64,000 nucleotides of DNA from Aplysia californica (taxonomy: Eukaryota): NCBI RefSeq assembly GCF_000002075.1, contig NW_004797352.1, positions 537,117-601,116 of the forward strand, in the 5' to 3' direction. A program made the position numbers and the translations under genes. Under the pieces are notes generated by a model. It was not told where the DNA came from. It saw nothing but the letters and a program-made list of their open reading frames with translations, and made no database searches. Within the stretch, counting starts at the first letter, position 1. Each line of letters opens with the position of its first letter. Below, in pieces: positions 1 to 12,254 of the stretch.

Positions 1-122
1 TTGTTTTGGTCAATTTGATCGTCCACACCGATAGACAGTATTCAGAAAGAGACAGAGAGAGAGAAGAGGGGAGGAGTTGATCTTGCGAGAACTTCGACTT
101 CAAGCCACTTTCCATTTCTTAC

Positions 123-273
123 CTGTCAGGTCATCCATAAAATTTCTGTACCCCTCTCGAATCTGTCGTCTTTCTGCTTCATCTTGACGATTACAAATGG
201 ACCGCTGCACTTCATCTTCTTGTTCTTGAGACTCAAACATTCCACCAGGAATGCTAACCTTGCTTACCGCCAT
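123..273 (-). CDS. NSMCE4A: First coding exon of probable SMC5/6 kleisin NSE4 (NSMCE4A/EID3 family); gene continues off the left edge
   Basis: AAAATGGCG start at 273, open frame MAVSKVSIPGGMFESQEQEDEVQRSICNRQDEAERRQIREGYRNFMDDLT, then phase-1 donor G|GTAAG at 122. ERRQIRxxYR resembles the N-terminal helix of Nse4 proteins (recognised from memory; only 50 aa visible). Confidence 0.55.
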
Positions 274-998
274 TTTAGTTGGTGTTGATTAAAAAACCAA
301 AACAACAATTAGGCGTTCAGGCCTATTTTCAATGACCACTCGCGACCCCTCTCACGGCTTAGGTCATTCTCATAATTTGGTCGTTGGCTGAGTGTCAGTG
401 GCGAGTGAGTGAGGAGTGAGGCTGGTGGCACTGACTGGCACTTGGCACTTGGCAGTAGCCTACTTCGCACTTTTCAACTTTCAGTTTCAAGCACAGAATT
501 CTGTGGTTTCAAGAGTTCCCAGTTCCCAGTCCAGTCCAGTGTCCAGTCCAGTTCCCACTTCCCAGTTCCCAGATTTTTAGAATCGTTCCCTCGCTTTATT
601 CCCTTGATGTCGGTATTGCATCACTTTTTCTACCCCTGTATGGAAATTCTTTTACGATAACGTGCTCTCTCGACTTCGAAATGAATAATAATTTGTTAAT
701 ATAGAATTTGTCATAAATTGCAAACAGATGACATAGGGCCTCGGCTACTATCTAAAGCGACTGTAGAAACGTATAAAAAGCAAAGTGATTAACTTGGTAC
801 GCAAATTGATTCAACACCGCACTGCATAGCACAGTGCACAGATATCCACTTGTCAATAGACCACAGAACTCAGAATTCTGTGCAATAGACCTAAGGCAAG
901 GACGTTAAAAGCCATAGTCCCTGCATGGGCCACGGCTTACTTCCCTTTGCAAATAAAATGTATACTTCCAATTTAATTTATTATTAGGCCTATTACTA

Positions 999-1422
999 GG
1001 CCTTCTCAGGGGAGGCCGTATATCCAGGACGATTGGCCTCGGCATTGGAGGCCTACCGCGTTCCCGGAGGGTAAATGCGAAAAGCGGCGATAGACTAATG
1101 TGCTGGTGCGGGTGATGGAGCATTCTCGCGCAGTACTCACTAGACTGGCCTACATGGAACCTTACTTAAATTCAATGTATTTTTTGTTGTTGCTGCTTTG
1201 TTGTGAGAGTTTATCGGCTCTTGTAAGAAAGGAAGATCACATCAGTGACAGAGTGTATCAATTCGTCAACATGAAAATGAATTACGTTCGCATTTTACCA
1301 TGAAATACAGACCGTGACACACAAGTGGGATAACTTTGGTTCTTCACTTGCATCGGATAGCCTACAAGAGACACCGTTCTCATTCTACATGTTTAAACAA
1401 ACATAAAAGAAAATTAATTTCA

Positions 1423-1491
<69 letters not shown>

Positions 1492-1801
1492 CGATCTTCA
1501 GATGGTGTGCAGACCATTTTAGATTAGACAGACTAAACGGCTACACACTACAGACTACACACATTACTATTACACTATCGGCACGCAAAAGCGTAATGCA
1601 AAAATGTTCCACCACCTGTATACGTTTTAGTATTAGAGCATCTACCTGTCGCCGCTTTTCGCTTTTAATTGACGCTTTTCACATTGATCCTCGATAAGAT
1701 AAGAACCGGTCTCGAGGCGAGCTTATCAAGATAAGGTCGCCCACCCCGGCCTCCATGCCGTAGCCAATCGTCCTGGATATACGGCCTCCCCGGAGAAGGC
1801 C
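999..1801. mobile_element. MITE with ~55-bp terminal inverted repeats, TA-flanked
   Basis: GGCCTTCTCAGGGGAGGCCGTATATCCAGGACGATTGGC... at 999 is the near-perfect reverse complement of 1748-1801; TA on both sides; no coding capacity; contains a (CA)n tract. Confidence 0.75.
1427..1487. repeat. (CA)n microsatellite
   Basis: Directly visible. Confidence 0.95.
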
Positions 1802-2059
1802 TAGATCTAGGCCTATTATGAAATTAAAGAAATCGGCATTTTGGGGCCAAAGAATAATTTTTTTCCCATTTTCTTTTTTTGGTTGGGGGGGTTGGGGGTT
1901 CTATTTGCTTTTTGGGTGCGTTCATGTTTACATCTACAAATCTTAGTACAATTTTTGTGTGAAATCAAAGATATGAGCATTTTTCTGGCGAGTTTATCAA
2001 TTATTGTCGATTTTGTGGGGGGCTCAGCTTCTTTTACATCCATTCTAAAACATATTTTT

Positions 2060-2368
2060 GTGTAGATTTTTCTGAAAAACATTGATTAAAGGCACACAAA
2101 AAATGAAAATTTTCAGTTTCAAAGGACTCTCACGGGATGTAATTTAATTTATGGAACTTTGGCGGCCATTTTCTCGCTAATTTTACTTCTGAAATCAGGC
2201 GACCCTGTCCCTTTTCAATTGCAAATATTTCGACTTCTATTCAACATAATAGATGGATATATTCTATAACCAAAAGGGAAGGCAAATGAACAGACTCTAA
2301 GATTGATACCAATCCCATAAGCCCAAAAATTGACGAACGCCTGATTTAACCATGTCGTGACACTTATT
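2060..2368. mobile_element. Partial copy of an unclassified MITE family (other copies 28590-29040 and ~49060-49350)
   Basis: Shared CAGTTTCAAAGGACTCTCA...GGCGGCCATTTTCTCG...CGCCTGATT..TGACAC blocks in all three copies. Confidence 0.65.
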
Positions 2369-2465
2369 ATTAATTGATTTTTTTGTTGACCAAGAATTTT
2401 AGAATCTAATCTTTTGTTGTTCTTTTACATTCAGCCATCCATTCCGTGCAAGGCTAGCCTGGAGG

Positions 2466-2985
2466 CTCTCGTGGCCTATAGAGGGATGTTGGCCTCTCAT
2501 TCAAAGGTCACGAGTTCGAATCCGGGTAGCGACCGAAACATTTTCTTCTCTAAAATTGTCTCCTTTCACTTCCTATCCTGCTCTCTAGAATGTTCCATCG
2601 TCTGCTTTCGTCTCCTCTTTCTGTCCCTCCCCCCTCACCTCATTTTGCCCCCTCTTGATCTCCTAACTCTTTCTGCAGCCGTTCTACTGCTACTCCTTGG
2701 CTCCTTCTATGCTGTCTTTCAGTCACACCCCTGATCTTCTGGTAGGAAAGATCTACACCTAGCCTTCTCCGATAAAGGCGAAAAATCTCGGCGAGGGCTA
2801 GTGTGCAAGTTGCGCACGTTAAAGATCCCTCGGTGGTCTAAAATCGATAAGAATAGGTTTCGGTCGCCACCCGGGGCAAATTTCCAAATTTCCTACCAAC
2901 TGAAAAAAGTTAAAGTGTCCCGCGCGCTCATAATATGCAGTTGCCAGCGCCGTAAAACACTTAGGCTACCCAAAAAAAAAAAGAA
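2466..2985 (+). mobile_element. tRNA-derived SINE family A (tRNA-Glu-like head, Meta-domain-like middle, LINE-like 3' tail)
   Basis: A box TGGCCTATAGAGG, B box GTTCGAATCC, then GCACGTTAAAGATCCC...AAGAATAGG block, tail GCGCTCATA..TATGCAGTTGCCAGCGCCGTAAAAC and poly(A); five copies in the window. Confidence 0.8.
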
Positions 2986-3114
2986 CAAAAAAGGTTAGCC
3001 TAGATCCATATATTTTGATGGGATCGAGTAATTAAATAATTCGAATTATTTGAAACGTCGTGTTCTGCAATAGCTCCCGTGCTAATCAAAACGCCGCGTT
3101 CTGACAAGCCCCGT

Positions 3115-3487
3115 GCTATGAACACAGAGTGATCAACTTGACGGCTTGCTAGTTTATCCAATCGCTGTTGCCACCGCTTACAACTATAGTAACCTAACAG
3201 CCAATCAAATGTCTTGAGGTCTGAGGAAAGGATGAGCCCGTTCCCACGAACCTCGTTAATGAAACCCATCTTTAAAAAAGATAGAAGACTTGAAAAAAAA
3301 TAACACTGCACAGAGGGCTCGCGCTGTCCTTGCCCTGACAATGGGGTGAACGTTTACGACACATTTTCCCCCAGTGACACAGTTACCTACGCTCCCATTG
3401 GACCTTTGTAAGGTACTGTTTGCTAATTACTGCTTTCCTCGACTACACGGCCTAATCCAGCTCTGAGCTCGAGGAGTGCTGTGTATG

Positions 3488-3541
<54 letters not shown>

Positions 3542-3863
3542 GCTGAGATTTAACAGTTATTCATTACATCAAAACACTTTTGAGGCAACTTTTTCATCAG
3601 ATGAAAATTAATTAAAGAAGTTTGGAGGCGAAGCGATTTCGTCCCCAGCATCCAGAAGAATTTAACGTAGCCTAGAACAAAGAGAGAACAAAGAGAAGGA
3701 AGACAAAGGTCACTCTTCTCGTTTGAATGGTTCTCAAAATGCCGTGGCTCGCCGTGAGTATGGAAAAATCACCACTGTTTTGTTCTTATTGCTTGCTATT
3801 TGGTGGTAAAGAAGTGAACGCAACCTAAGCCCCACCCAAATTTTTGTTCACCCACCGCCACTG
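3115..3863 (-). mobile_element. hAT-type MITE, partial copy of the 50676-51503 element, with internal (GT)n
   Basis: Reverse-complement similarity to 50676-51365 over ~700 bp; ends in ACCCACCGCCACTG. Confidence 0.75.
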
Positions 3864-3875
3864 ATTATATCAGGG

Positions 3876-4045
3876 GTAAGATCAGGGGTATGGCTGAAAG
3901 TTGAAAGACAACAGTAAGAAGGAGCCAGAAGAAGCAGTAGAAAGTAGAAAGGCTACAGAAAGAATCAGGAGCCCAGAGGAAGGGACAAAGGAGGTGAGAG
4001 GGTGGGGGCAGAAAGTGGAGACGAAAGTAGACGACAGGACGTTGC

Positions 4046-4080
<35 letters not shown>

Positions 4081-4217
4081 TATATAATGTATATAATAGA
4101 GAGCTGGAAAGGACGTGAAAGGAGAACATTTTGGAGAAGAAAATTTTCTGTTGCTACCCGGATTCGAACCTGGGACCTTTGGAAAGGTGAACACCTTTAC
4201 CTCTAGACCATGAGAGC
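3876..4217 (-). mobile_element. SINE family A copy with internal (TA)n expansion
   Basis: GGATTCGAACC B box on minus strand; body matches 2466-2735. Confidence 0.75.
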
Positions 4218-6134
4218 CCCAGGTGTTGAGTTTAATGAGCAATTAATTACTATGATTATATGGACAGCACCTCTTTATATTATTTGTTGGATATGCACGT
4301 CGAAATATTTAAGGTCTTTTCGAAATCATATAGGCGCATGCGAAAAATCAGAGCAATTCGTCACTTAGATTCGGTGTAATGAGGTCAGCATGTCCATTGG
4401 TGTTGCTCAGACTATATTTGTTTCTGACATTGTTTGCACAAAAGTAGTCTAGTTCACCTCTCGTAGATAACAGTAACAAGCGCAACTCGGTAGGCCCTAT
4501 GTCCTGTCCGCAGTGTCGCCATAGCCTACATAATATTTATTTCTGCGCGCACTTACTGTTCTAGGCCCATTGTTCAGTACAACGTATTTCTACAGTAATT
4601 CCTTAGGCCCTACCTATCTCCTTTGGAGAACCTACGATCAGTGTATTGCGATAAAGTTAATATTTTGTCCTTAGGTAAGGCACAATACCCTGCTTACCTC
4701 ACTGGTCACTCGACTCAGGTGAGAAATGAGTAGGCCTACATGGCTATCGGTATTGTATGCTCCCCAAAGAGTTGAGAAGTTACAAACAAGTTTTTTTTAA
4801 AAAATGTATTGGTTTGCCAGGGGGATAAACAATGTAAAGCCTGGGAGACTGCACTGTNNNNNNNNNNNNNNNNNNNNNNNNNNNNNNNNNNNNNNNNNNN
4901 NNNNNNNNNNNNNNNNNNNNNNNNNNNNNNNNNNNNNNNNNNNNNNNNNNNNNNNNNNNNNNNNNNNNNNNNNNNNNNNNNNNNNNNNNNNNNNNNNNNN
5001 NNNNNNNNNNNNNNNNNNNNNNNNNNNNNNNCGTTCCGTAACCTCACTGAAGTTAGAACGAATGAATTTCCATATATCTGTCTGTTCTTGCTTTTTTTTC
5101 TTGGAAATGTATCGTTTACTGAAGGTCGATAATTGAAATTCTGATGTCAGTGGGTGACTAAGGTCACTTAATCAGCATTATTTCCGCCTTTTTTTTTAGA
5201 ACGTTTGTTTTGTTCCTATAAATTCAAAGAAACTTAGATCTAGATTATCTAGGTCTTTTTCAACGATTGTTCTTGCCGGAGACAAAGAGTTAAACTTGTT
5301 GGCTTGAGTCACTGTTTTATTCCTAATCTTCATAAAAGGCTGATTGGTAGATTCTGAATCTATTGAACAGCTTCAAAAAAGTCATCCTAAAAGGAGAATT
5401 CATCTCCAACTTTCAGTAAAGGTTCATCCATCGTCTGATTATGAAAACGTCAGATCAACTTGCATGCAACGTGCAGTTCAGCATTCAACAGGTTGAGTTT
5501 GTCGGCCGACCGGAAATTGGAAATCACGCGTAAGCGGGCACTGAGCCGTGATCTGGGCTTCGGCGTTTTATCTAATACAAAACTATTCCAAAAAAGACTG
5601 TGTGTACCCGGTCTTTGATTCCAACACCCAGCTTTTTTTTTTTTTAGCATGGTGGGGCCAAGGAGGTTATGTAAGGTGCTTGCATTATTGTGCTAATCCT
5701 CGGCCTTCAAAAAACTGAGAACGCCCAGGGCTAATGGCAACGCGGCGTTTCAAATACGCACTTCGAAATAATTGTGAGGCTTACAGATGCGACATCGCAC
5801 AAGTGTTTTTTTCCCTTTGTTTGTGTGTTTGGTTGGTTGGTTGGGTTGTTTTTGTTTTGTTTTGGTGGGGGTGTAAATAATGGAGAAAAAAAAAAAGAAT
5901 TTTTACATTTTAAAAAACAACAATGATTCCTCCTTATTATGAAAAAGTCGTATAGGACTAACCGTCTAGATCTATTAGATGAAAATTCGTATTTTGGTGA
6001 TACCAATAGATTCTGTATAACAGGATGGTTCGACTCCTCTCTTTGAACCAATCATAGTTGTACACTATAGGCACTAGATAGGCCTACAGTATGCCCCTCT
6101 CTCGCCTTGCTGCGCGATGGCCCCATTCGACAGC

Positions 6135-7388
6135 GGCGTCGCGCTTTTCCCTTTCGTCAACCCGTAACCACATCCTGAATCGTCAGCCACATCCCAACCT
6201 TTGACATGGGTCAAACTTCAATCTATTTATAGGTAGTTACCGGAACATAATTATGTGTATTATTTAGGCGAAGTGATGTGCCGTGATAGTCGCAATACTG
6301 AGATTGTTTTGGTCTCTCTTTACTCATCACCACGCGAATTTGTTGATGTTTTCCCCCTAGACTCTGTCTTTACTTATTCTTCTAAACCTCCAAGATAACA
6401 AAGGCCAAGCCTAGGCTTGTAAGTCTTCGTTTTGTTAAAAGTGTTGTTAACATAAAGTCTAAGAAGTTAGCAAACCTAACACATTTTTCAAACGAAATAT
6501 TGACTTTTATGTTGTCAATAAGAGTTCATGTTTAGTCATCTATTCTTCTAAGTAAGGAATAAAACGAACACAAGTTCAAGATTGTCCTAGTGACTCTATA
6601 CTAGATCTAGATCACCATTAAATCTAGGCTAGGTCACACCCATGGGGCCTAGATACTAGATATTATGTAAACTGGGCCTAGAATATATATAGATATCTAG
6701 ATCTAGAAATATTTACTATGTTTTTGTCTGAGAATGAACATATTCCTCTCGTGTGCTTTAATATAGTCTAAGAGGGATGAGTATTAGATCTAGATCTAGG
6801 TGCCACTGAATCTAGATTTCTAGATCTAGTATAGAGCCACTAGGACAATCTTGAACCTGTGTTCGCTTTATTCCTTACTTAGATGAATAGATGACTAAAC
6901 ATGATCTCTTATTGACAATATAAAAGTCAAATTAAACTTCATTTCGTTAAAAAATATGTTAGGTTTGCTAACTTCTTAGACTTTGTGCTAAACAACACTT
7001 TTAACAATGACGCCTTACAAGCCTAGGCTTGGCCTTTGTGATCTTGAAGGTTTAAATCTAAAGTAGCGAAATAGAAAAGTCTTACTACTAGAGTCTAGTG
7101 CAATTTATTTAATCTGCAACCTGCAACTAGATTCGAACTAGATTTGAGATTTTAGTAAACGCAGAGTCCAGGGAAAAACATCAATAAATTCGCGCGGTGA
7201 TGAGTAAAGAGAGACCAAAACAATCTCTCTATTGCGACTATCACGGCACATCACTTCGCCTAATACATGTTCCGGTAACTACATGTACCTATAAAAATTG
7301 AAGTTTGACCCATGCCAAAGGTTGGGATGTGGCTGAGGATTCGGGATGTGGCTGCGGGTTGACGAAAGGGAAAAGCGCCGCGGCGTCC
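6135..7388. mobile_element. Foldback / long-TIR element (~500-bp inverted arms, TCTAGA-rich spacer)
   Basis: 6138-~6615 is the reverse complement of ~6820-7385 with scattered substitutions and indels; no clear TSD. Confidence 0.8.
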
Positions 7389-7453
7389 ACCGTGTTTTTT
7401 TTTTTTTGGCGAGCTGTGTGAAGGCGTTCATGCTAAAGCAATGGGCTAGGCAT

Positions 7454-7455
<2 letters not shown>

Positions 7456-7525
<70 letters not shown>
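7456..7525. repeat. (CT)n microsatellite
   Basis: Directly visible. Confidence 0.95.
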
Positions 7526-7528
<3 letters not shown>

Positions 7529-7675
7529 CGCGATAGGCGAGGCTTGGTCCTTGTACTTGTTGATTTTTTTTTTTTTACAGGGGCACCGTGACGTACTATC
7601 TAGATTACTAAATAGTAATTTAATACAGTGTTCTTTCTACTACTAGATCTACAAATAAATGTAGCCTATTATTAA

Positions 7676-10600
7676 TTAGACAGAGATAGAGATAATCATG
7701 ATCCAGTGCCACATCCGCGACAGGCATCGGCGATCATGGTTCTCCATTCATTCCTCGGATGCTCTAAAAAAAAAAGCTACGTTTCCCTGATCTTTCCCTG
7801 TTACCCTTTTGTTTAGGTTCCCTAAGTATGTTGTTCCGGGCCTATCCCTTCCTCGCTTGCCCTCAATTTTGCCAGTGAGAGCTAGATGTTCAAGACCGTT
7901 ATGTCTATTCAGGTGTCCCAAAAACTGCATTTGTCGTTTCCTGATTGAGATTGTTTTTAACATTGAGCGTCCCACGTGGGCTTTATCAAGCACTACCTCA
8001 TTTGATTTCTTTTCCTTCCTCAATACTCTTAGCAGTCTCCTAAGAAACCGCAGTTCTGTTGCTTCTATTTTATTTTCACTGTCTTTAGCTATTGTCCAGC
8101 ATTCGCAGTTATATAGTAGGGTTGAACAAACATAGCATTTCAAAACGTTCTTTTGGTGTTCATTGAGATGTTTCTATTTTTCAGGATTGGGTTAATTTTT
8201 TAATTGAAACTAGCCTTAGCCATTGTAATTCTCAGTTTCATTTCTGTAGAACATTTGCGATCAGATGTTATCATATATCCTAGATACATGTATTTAAACT
8301 GTTGGACTTGTTTGATCTTTTAGTCACCTTTACTAATGAGATTGCAACTAGGATTTGCTACTTTTTTGGGATATTACCAGTGATTCTGTTTTCTTTACAT
8401 TCATCAATAATCCTTTACGTTGACTTTCTGTTACAGCAGTATCTAAAAGCTATTGAAGGTCCTTTTCTGAGCCTGCTAGATCTACATGTATTAAAACTGT
8501 GTCATCTGCATACCTGATGTTATTAATATTTTCTCCATTTACTTTGAGACCTGGACATTCTTCTATGTTTTTAAGGATTGTTTCATTGTAGGCCTACATG
8601 TTAAAGAGGTCCCGTGACTTAACACATCCTTGCCTCACTCCTCGCCTAATCTGCTTATATTCACTGTATTCTACATTAATTCGTACAGAAGCGTTTTGGT
8701 TCCAGTACAAATTCCTGATAGTTCTTAGATCTTTTCCATCTATGTCTAGCTTTTCCAGTATTTTAATTAGCTCACCGAGTCTAACTTTATCGAACGCCTT
8801 TGAATAATATATGAAGCATAAATACAGATCTTTCTGTGCTTCAACTTCAAAGCATCTTTCCATTAACACTGCTAAGGTGAATATAGCATTTCTGGTACAT
8901 GTACCCTTGTTAGGAACAAAGCCGAACGGCGTTTTAGATATCTCTGGTCTTACACTTTTTCTCAATCTTCCCATTATTACTCGCAGCAATATTTTTGTAA
9001 CATGACTCCTAATTGTTCTCTATGCATATATATCACATTCAGTGGCACTAGGTGTTTTAGGTAAAGCTATAAAAACTGACTTCATCTTATCTTCAGGGAT
9101 CTCACCGCTGTCATAAATACAGTGGAGACCATATATAACAGGCCCGGTAATAACAGGGGTCCGGTAATAACAGAGATTTTTTAAATCCCCGATTTTTCCT
9201 ACTCTTTGTCTCTATTAAAAGTTATCGGCAATAATAGGGTCCCATTGGAGATCAACCGGTTATAGCAGGGACAGAGGCTCGGTNNNNNNNNNNNNNNNNN
9301 NNNNNNNNNNNNNNNNNNNNNNNNNNNNNNNNNNNNNNNNNNNNNNNNNNNNNNNNNNNNNNNNNNNNNNNNNNNNNNNNNNNNNNNNNNNNNNNNNNNN
9401 NNNNNNNNNNNNNNNNNNNNNNNNNNNNNNAAACCCATACATGCCGTGCCACTGCAAGCACACGCAGCGTGTGAAGCGAGAGAGGGCTGCGGTGTGCTGC
9501 AGACCTCGATCTAGCCCGAAACCTAGCAACACGCACGCGTAATGTTTCTACTGTCACCAACGATGTCAAGCGCAAGAGAAAATGCCTTTCAGTTGACCAA
9601 AAAATACGAAATTGTCCAGGGCGTTGACAAAACGCAAGCTTCACTGGCAGAGATTTGTCGTCAGTTCGACATTCCACAAGGGTCGATTCATACCATTATC
9701 AAGGATAGAGAGAAGATAGAGGCAGCATACTCCAATACAAAGTTCGCTCTGGATCGAAAGAAGATGAGACTACCCGGCCGATGCAGATGCTGTGGACCAG
9801 GCTCTTCTGATGTGGTTTAAGGAGGCAAGGAGAAAGTTGGTGCCAAAACCCCTGTTCGTGGGTACTTGTGGCAAAGGAAACTACCTATGAATAAGTACAG
9901 CTGGATTAGTCCACAAATGCATTTCTGATTTAACAGGGATCAGATACAACAGGACATTTTCTCTATTCCCACCATCCCTGTTATATCAGGTTTCCACTGT
10001 AGCATTTAGGAACTTTGTTGTTATTTCAGTGCCTCGTTCTTCAAGTGCGATACTCACTTCAACGTGAATATATTATTATCTGGCCCTGTGGCTTTTCCTT
10101 GTTTCATTTTCCTAATGGCAGCCTGTACCTGTGCTTTTAGTATTGGTGGTTCTTTTATGTCATTCTTTATTACCGGTTTTTCTCCTCTATTATCTGTGAA
10201 AAGTTTTTCTATGTATTTTGACCAACTGGCATCCTGTATTTGAGCATCCTTTTATCCCACTACTCATTTGATTTTGGAATGCATGTATTTGCTGTCTTTA
10301 TTTTGGATTTTCTCCATTTGTTGATATTGATCATTTATCCATGTTTCTTTTGCTTCGTTGCATTTTTTCGTTATTAAATTTCTCTGTTTAAGATGTTGTA
10401 CTTTTCCAATTTGATTTTGCATTTCTTCTGTCTTCCATTAGTTTTAATATGTCCTGGGTCATCCATGTTTTATTAGCTTTTTTAGCTGGGGGGGGGTATT
10501 TTCTTCCACAGCTTCCATTATTGAGTCTTTCATTTTCCTCCATAGTTCTTCCGATTTAGTAATGTTTTTCAAAGCTTTAAATTTATTGCTTACATCTATG

Positions 10601-11648
10601 GAGAATCGCTTTTCAGTTCTTGATTTGTCTTTAAAAGACCTATGTCAAATTTTGGTTGGTACTTAACTTAAGTTTCTTCTGTCTCATCCGCATGTTACAC
10701 GTGACTGGTACATGATCACGATCACAGTCTGCTCCTGGCAGTGATTTAGACGATTTAATTGTATTTCTAAAACGTTTCTAAATAAGCATGAAGTTTATTC
10801 GAATTCTACTTCTATCGCCAGGACTCTTCCAAGTGTATCGTTTTCTTGTGTGATTTTCAAACCAGGTGTTTCATATCATGGAACCTATGTCAAAAGGTTT
10901 TCCCTCTAATTTAGCCACGATGACTCTCTCTGACACTCCCCAAAAACCTTTAATGCTCTTTGCTCTTGCTTTGTCAAGTAAAATTCCGATTCCTCTTTCA
11001 TGGGTTTTTTCCTCTTGAATATATACAATTGTTTTGGATCCTTTTTTTAAATCAAGCCTGTCCCCTCTCATTTAACTTCTGAAAGGCCTTACAAGCTTAA
11101 TCTAGTCCATTTCCTGCTCTATATGATCTAATTTGCCTTTCTGGTACATTGTTCTCACGTTCCAGGTGGCTATGTTAAATTGCTTATTTTTGCAGCCAGT
11201 AGCTGGATGACGATCAGTGATCAGGCGCAACTTGCTGCCCGTGGTGGTCCCTACCGAGCGGGGAGTTCGAAGAGCTGGATCATGAACCACATTAACAATG
11301 TTATCTGATAAATGAATGTACTTTTCCATGACTATTCTTGGGATATTACAGCAGCGGTTTCCCGTTGCCTACTGCCGGTTTTTGTACAGTTTTCTCTGCT
11401 AGCCTTTGTCATTCTCTGACAACCCACAAGGCAGTGGGGGCTTTGGTAGGATTTATGGCGCCTCCCGTCGCCAAGATGGTCCCTTCTTCGAGTGTGTGAG
11501 GTATTTATTGAAACACCTGTGTCACCAGGGTTTTCCTCTACTCTCCACGAACATCTCCCATTTGGTTCGCGACTGCTTAATAGTTAACCTCCATATCTGG
11601 AGGCGTTTCCCCTTTCCACCACCCGGGGACGCGCACGGTTGGGTATGA
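7676..11648 (-). mobile_element. Near full-length decayed RTE-clade LINE (AP endonuclease plus RT), interrupted by a Tigger element
   Basis: NIATWNVRTM endonuclease start, FIYYSKAFDKV, RGVRQGC, STLLYNCECWT, GKIEGKRGRDRP motifs; many stops and frameshifts; RTE-like 5' UTR CGCCTCCAGATATGGAGG. Confidence 0.9.
9120..9999 (+). mobile_element. Internally deleted Tigger/pogo DNA transposon
   Basis: TIRs CAGTGGAGACCATATATAACAGG / CCTGTTATATCAGGTTTCCACTG with TA duplication; CENP-B/psq HTH relic (KKYEIV..LAEICRQFDIPQGSIHTIIKDREKI..ALLMWF); removal restores RTE frame FLNAIYDSGEIPED. Confidence 0.88.
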
Positions 11649-12220
11649 GACTCAATACTAAATCTTAGTAAAAAATAGTGATATAGGCTAAAAAATAAAA
11701 ACCTTTTAAATTCTTCATCAGCACTTTATCTACGAGGTGGTTTATTTCTCACTGACTGAATCGAAGCGTATAGGGCCTATAAAACTTTTTAAACGAAGTA
11801 TGAAAAAAAGGAGATACTTCATGGAACCAATTAAAAAAGTGTCCCCAAAGCCTCAAAATCAAGTGGTGCCCTCTTCGAAAAAACGCCCGCTTTGCGAACA
11901 GTTACCGTACCCTATTTGTGGGAAAAAAATCAAAGTGAAACTATCAAGTTTTTGTATAAATTGTAATTAAAATTTCGGAATAAAGCCTTTTTATATGGTT
12001 ACGCTGACAAAAATCCTCGTCAGGTGGAAGGGGTGATTGTTTTCTTTGTTTGATTTGGCTTTAAAACGAGAAGCGATAGGTCATAAAAATAAAATAAACC
12101 CAAAACTCCGCACTGAGCGAACCGGACCAGCTGGTGCGCAAGGGGGGTGTTGTGTTATTCCTATCTATTCTTCTTCTGGAGAAACGAAAGGGAGCTTCAA
12201 AACAAAGACCGCAGCGACAT

Positions 12221-12254
12221 CAATGAGTTTAGAACTAATCTTTTAATCTCCTTG
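12221..12254 (+). mobile_element. 34-bp P-superfamily-like excision footprint (17+17 nt of element termini) with 8-bp TSD
   Basis: AGCGACAT|CAATGAGTTTAGAACTA ATCTTTTAATCTCCTTG|AGCGACAT; halves match the left and right termini of 53026-54843. Confidence 0.75.

Noticed and set aside
2105-2122. ISRE-like TTTCAGTTTC motifs in MITE copies and introns (also 36415, 49962)
   Set aside because: Isolated short motifs in AT-rich DNA with no promoter context.
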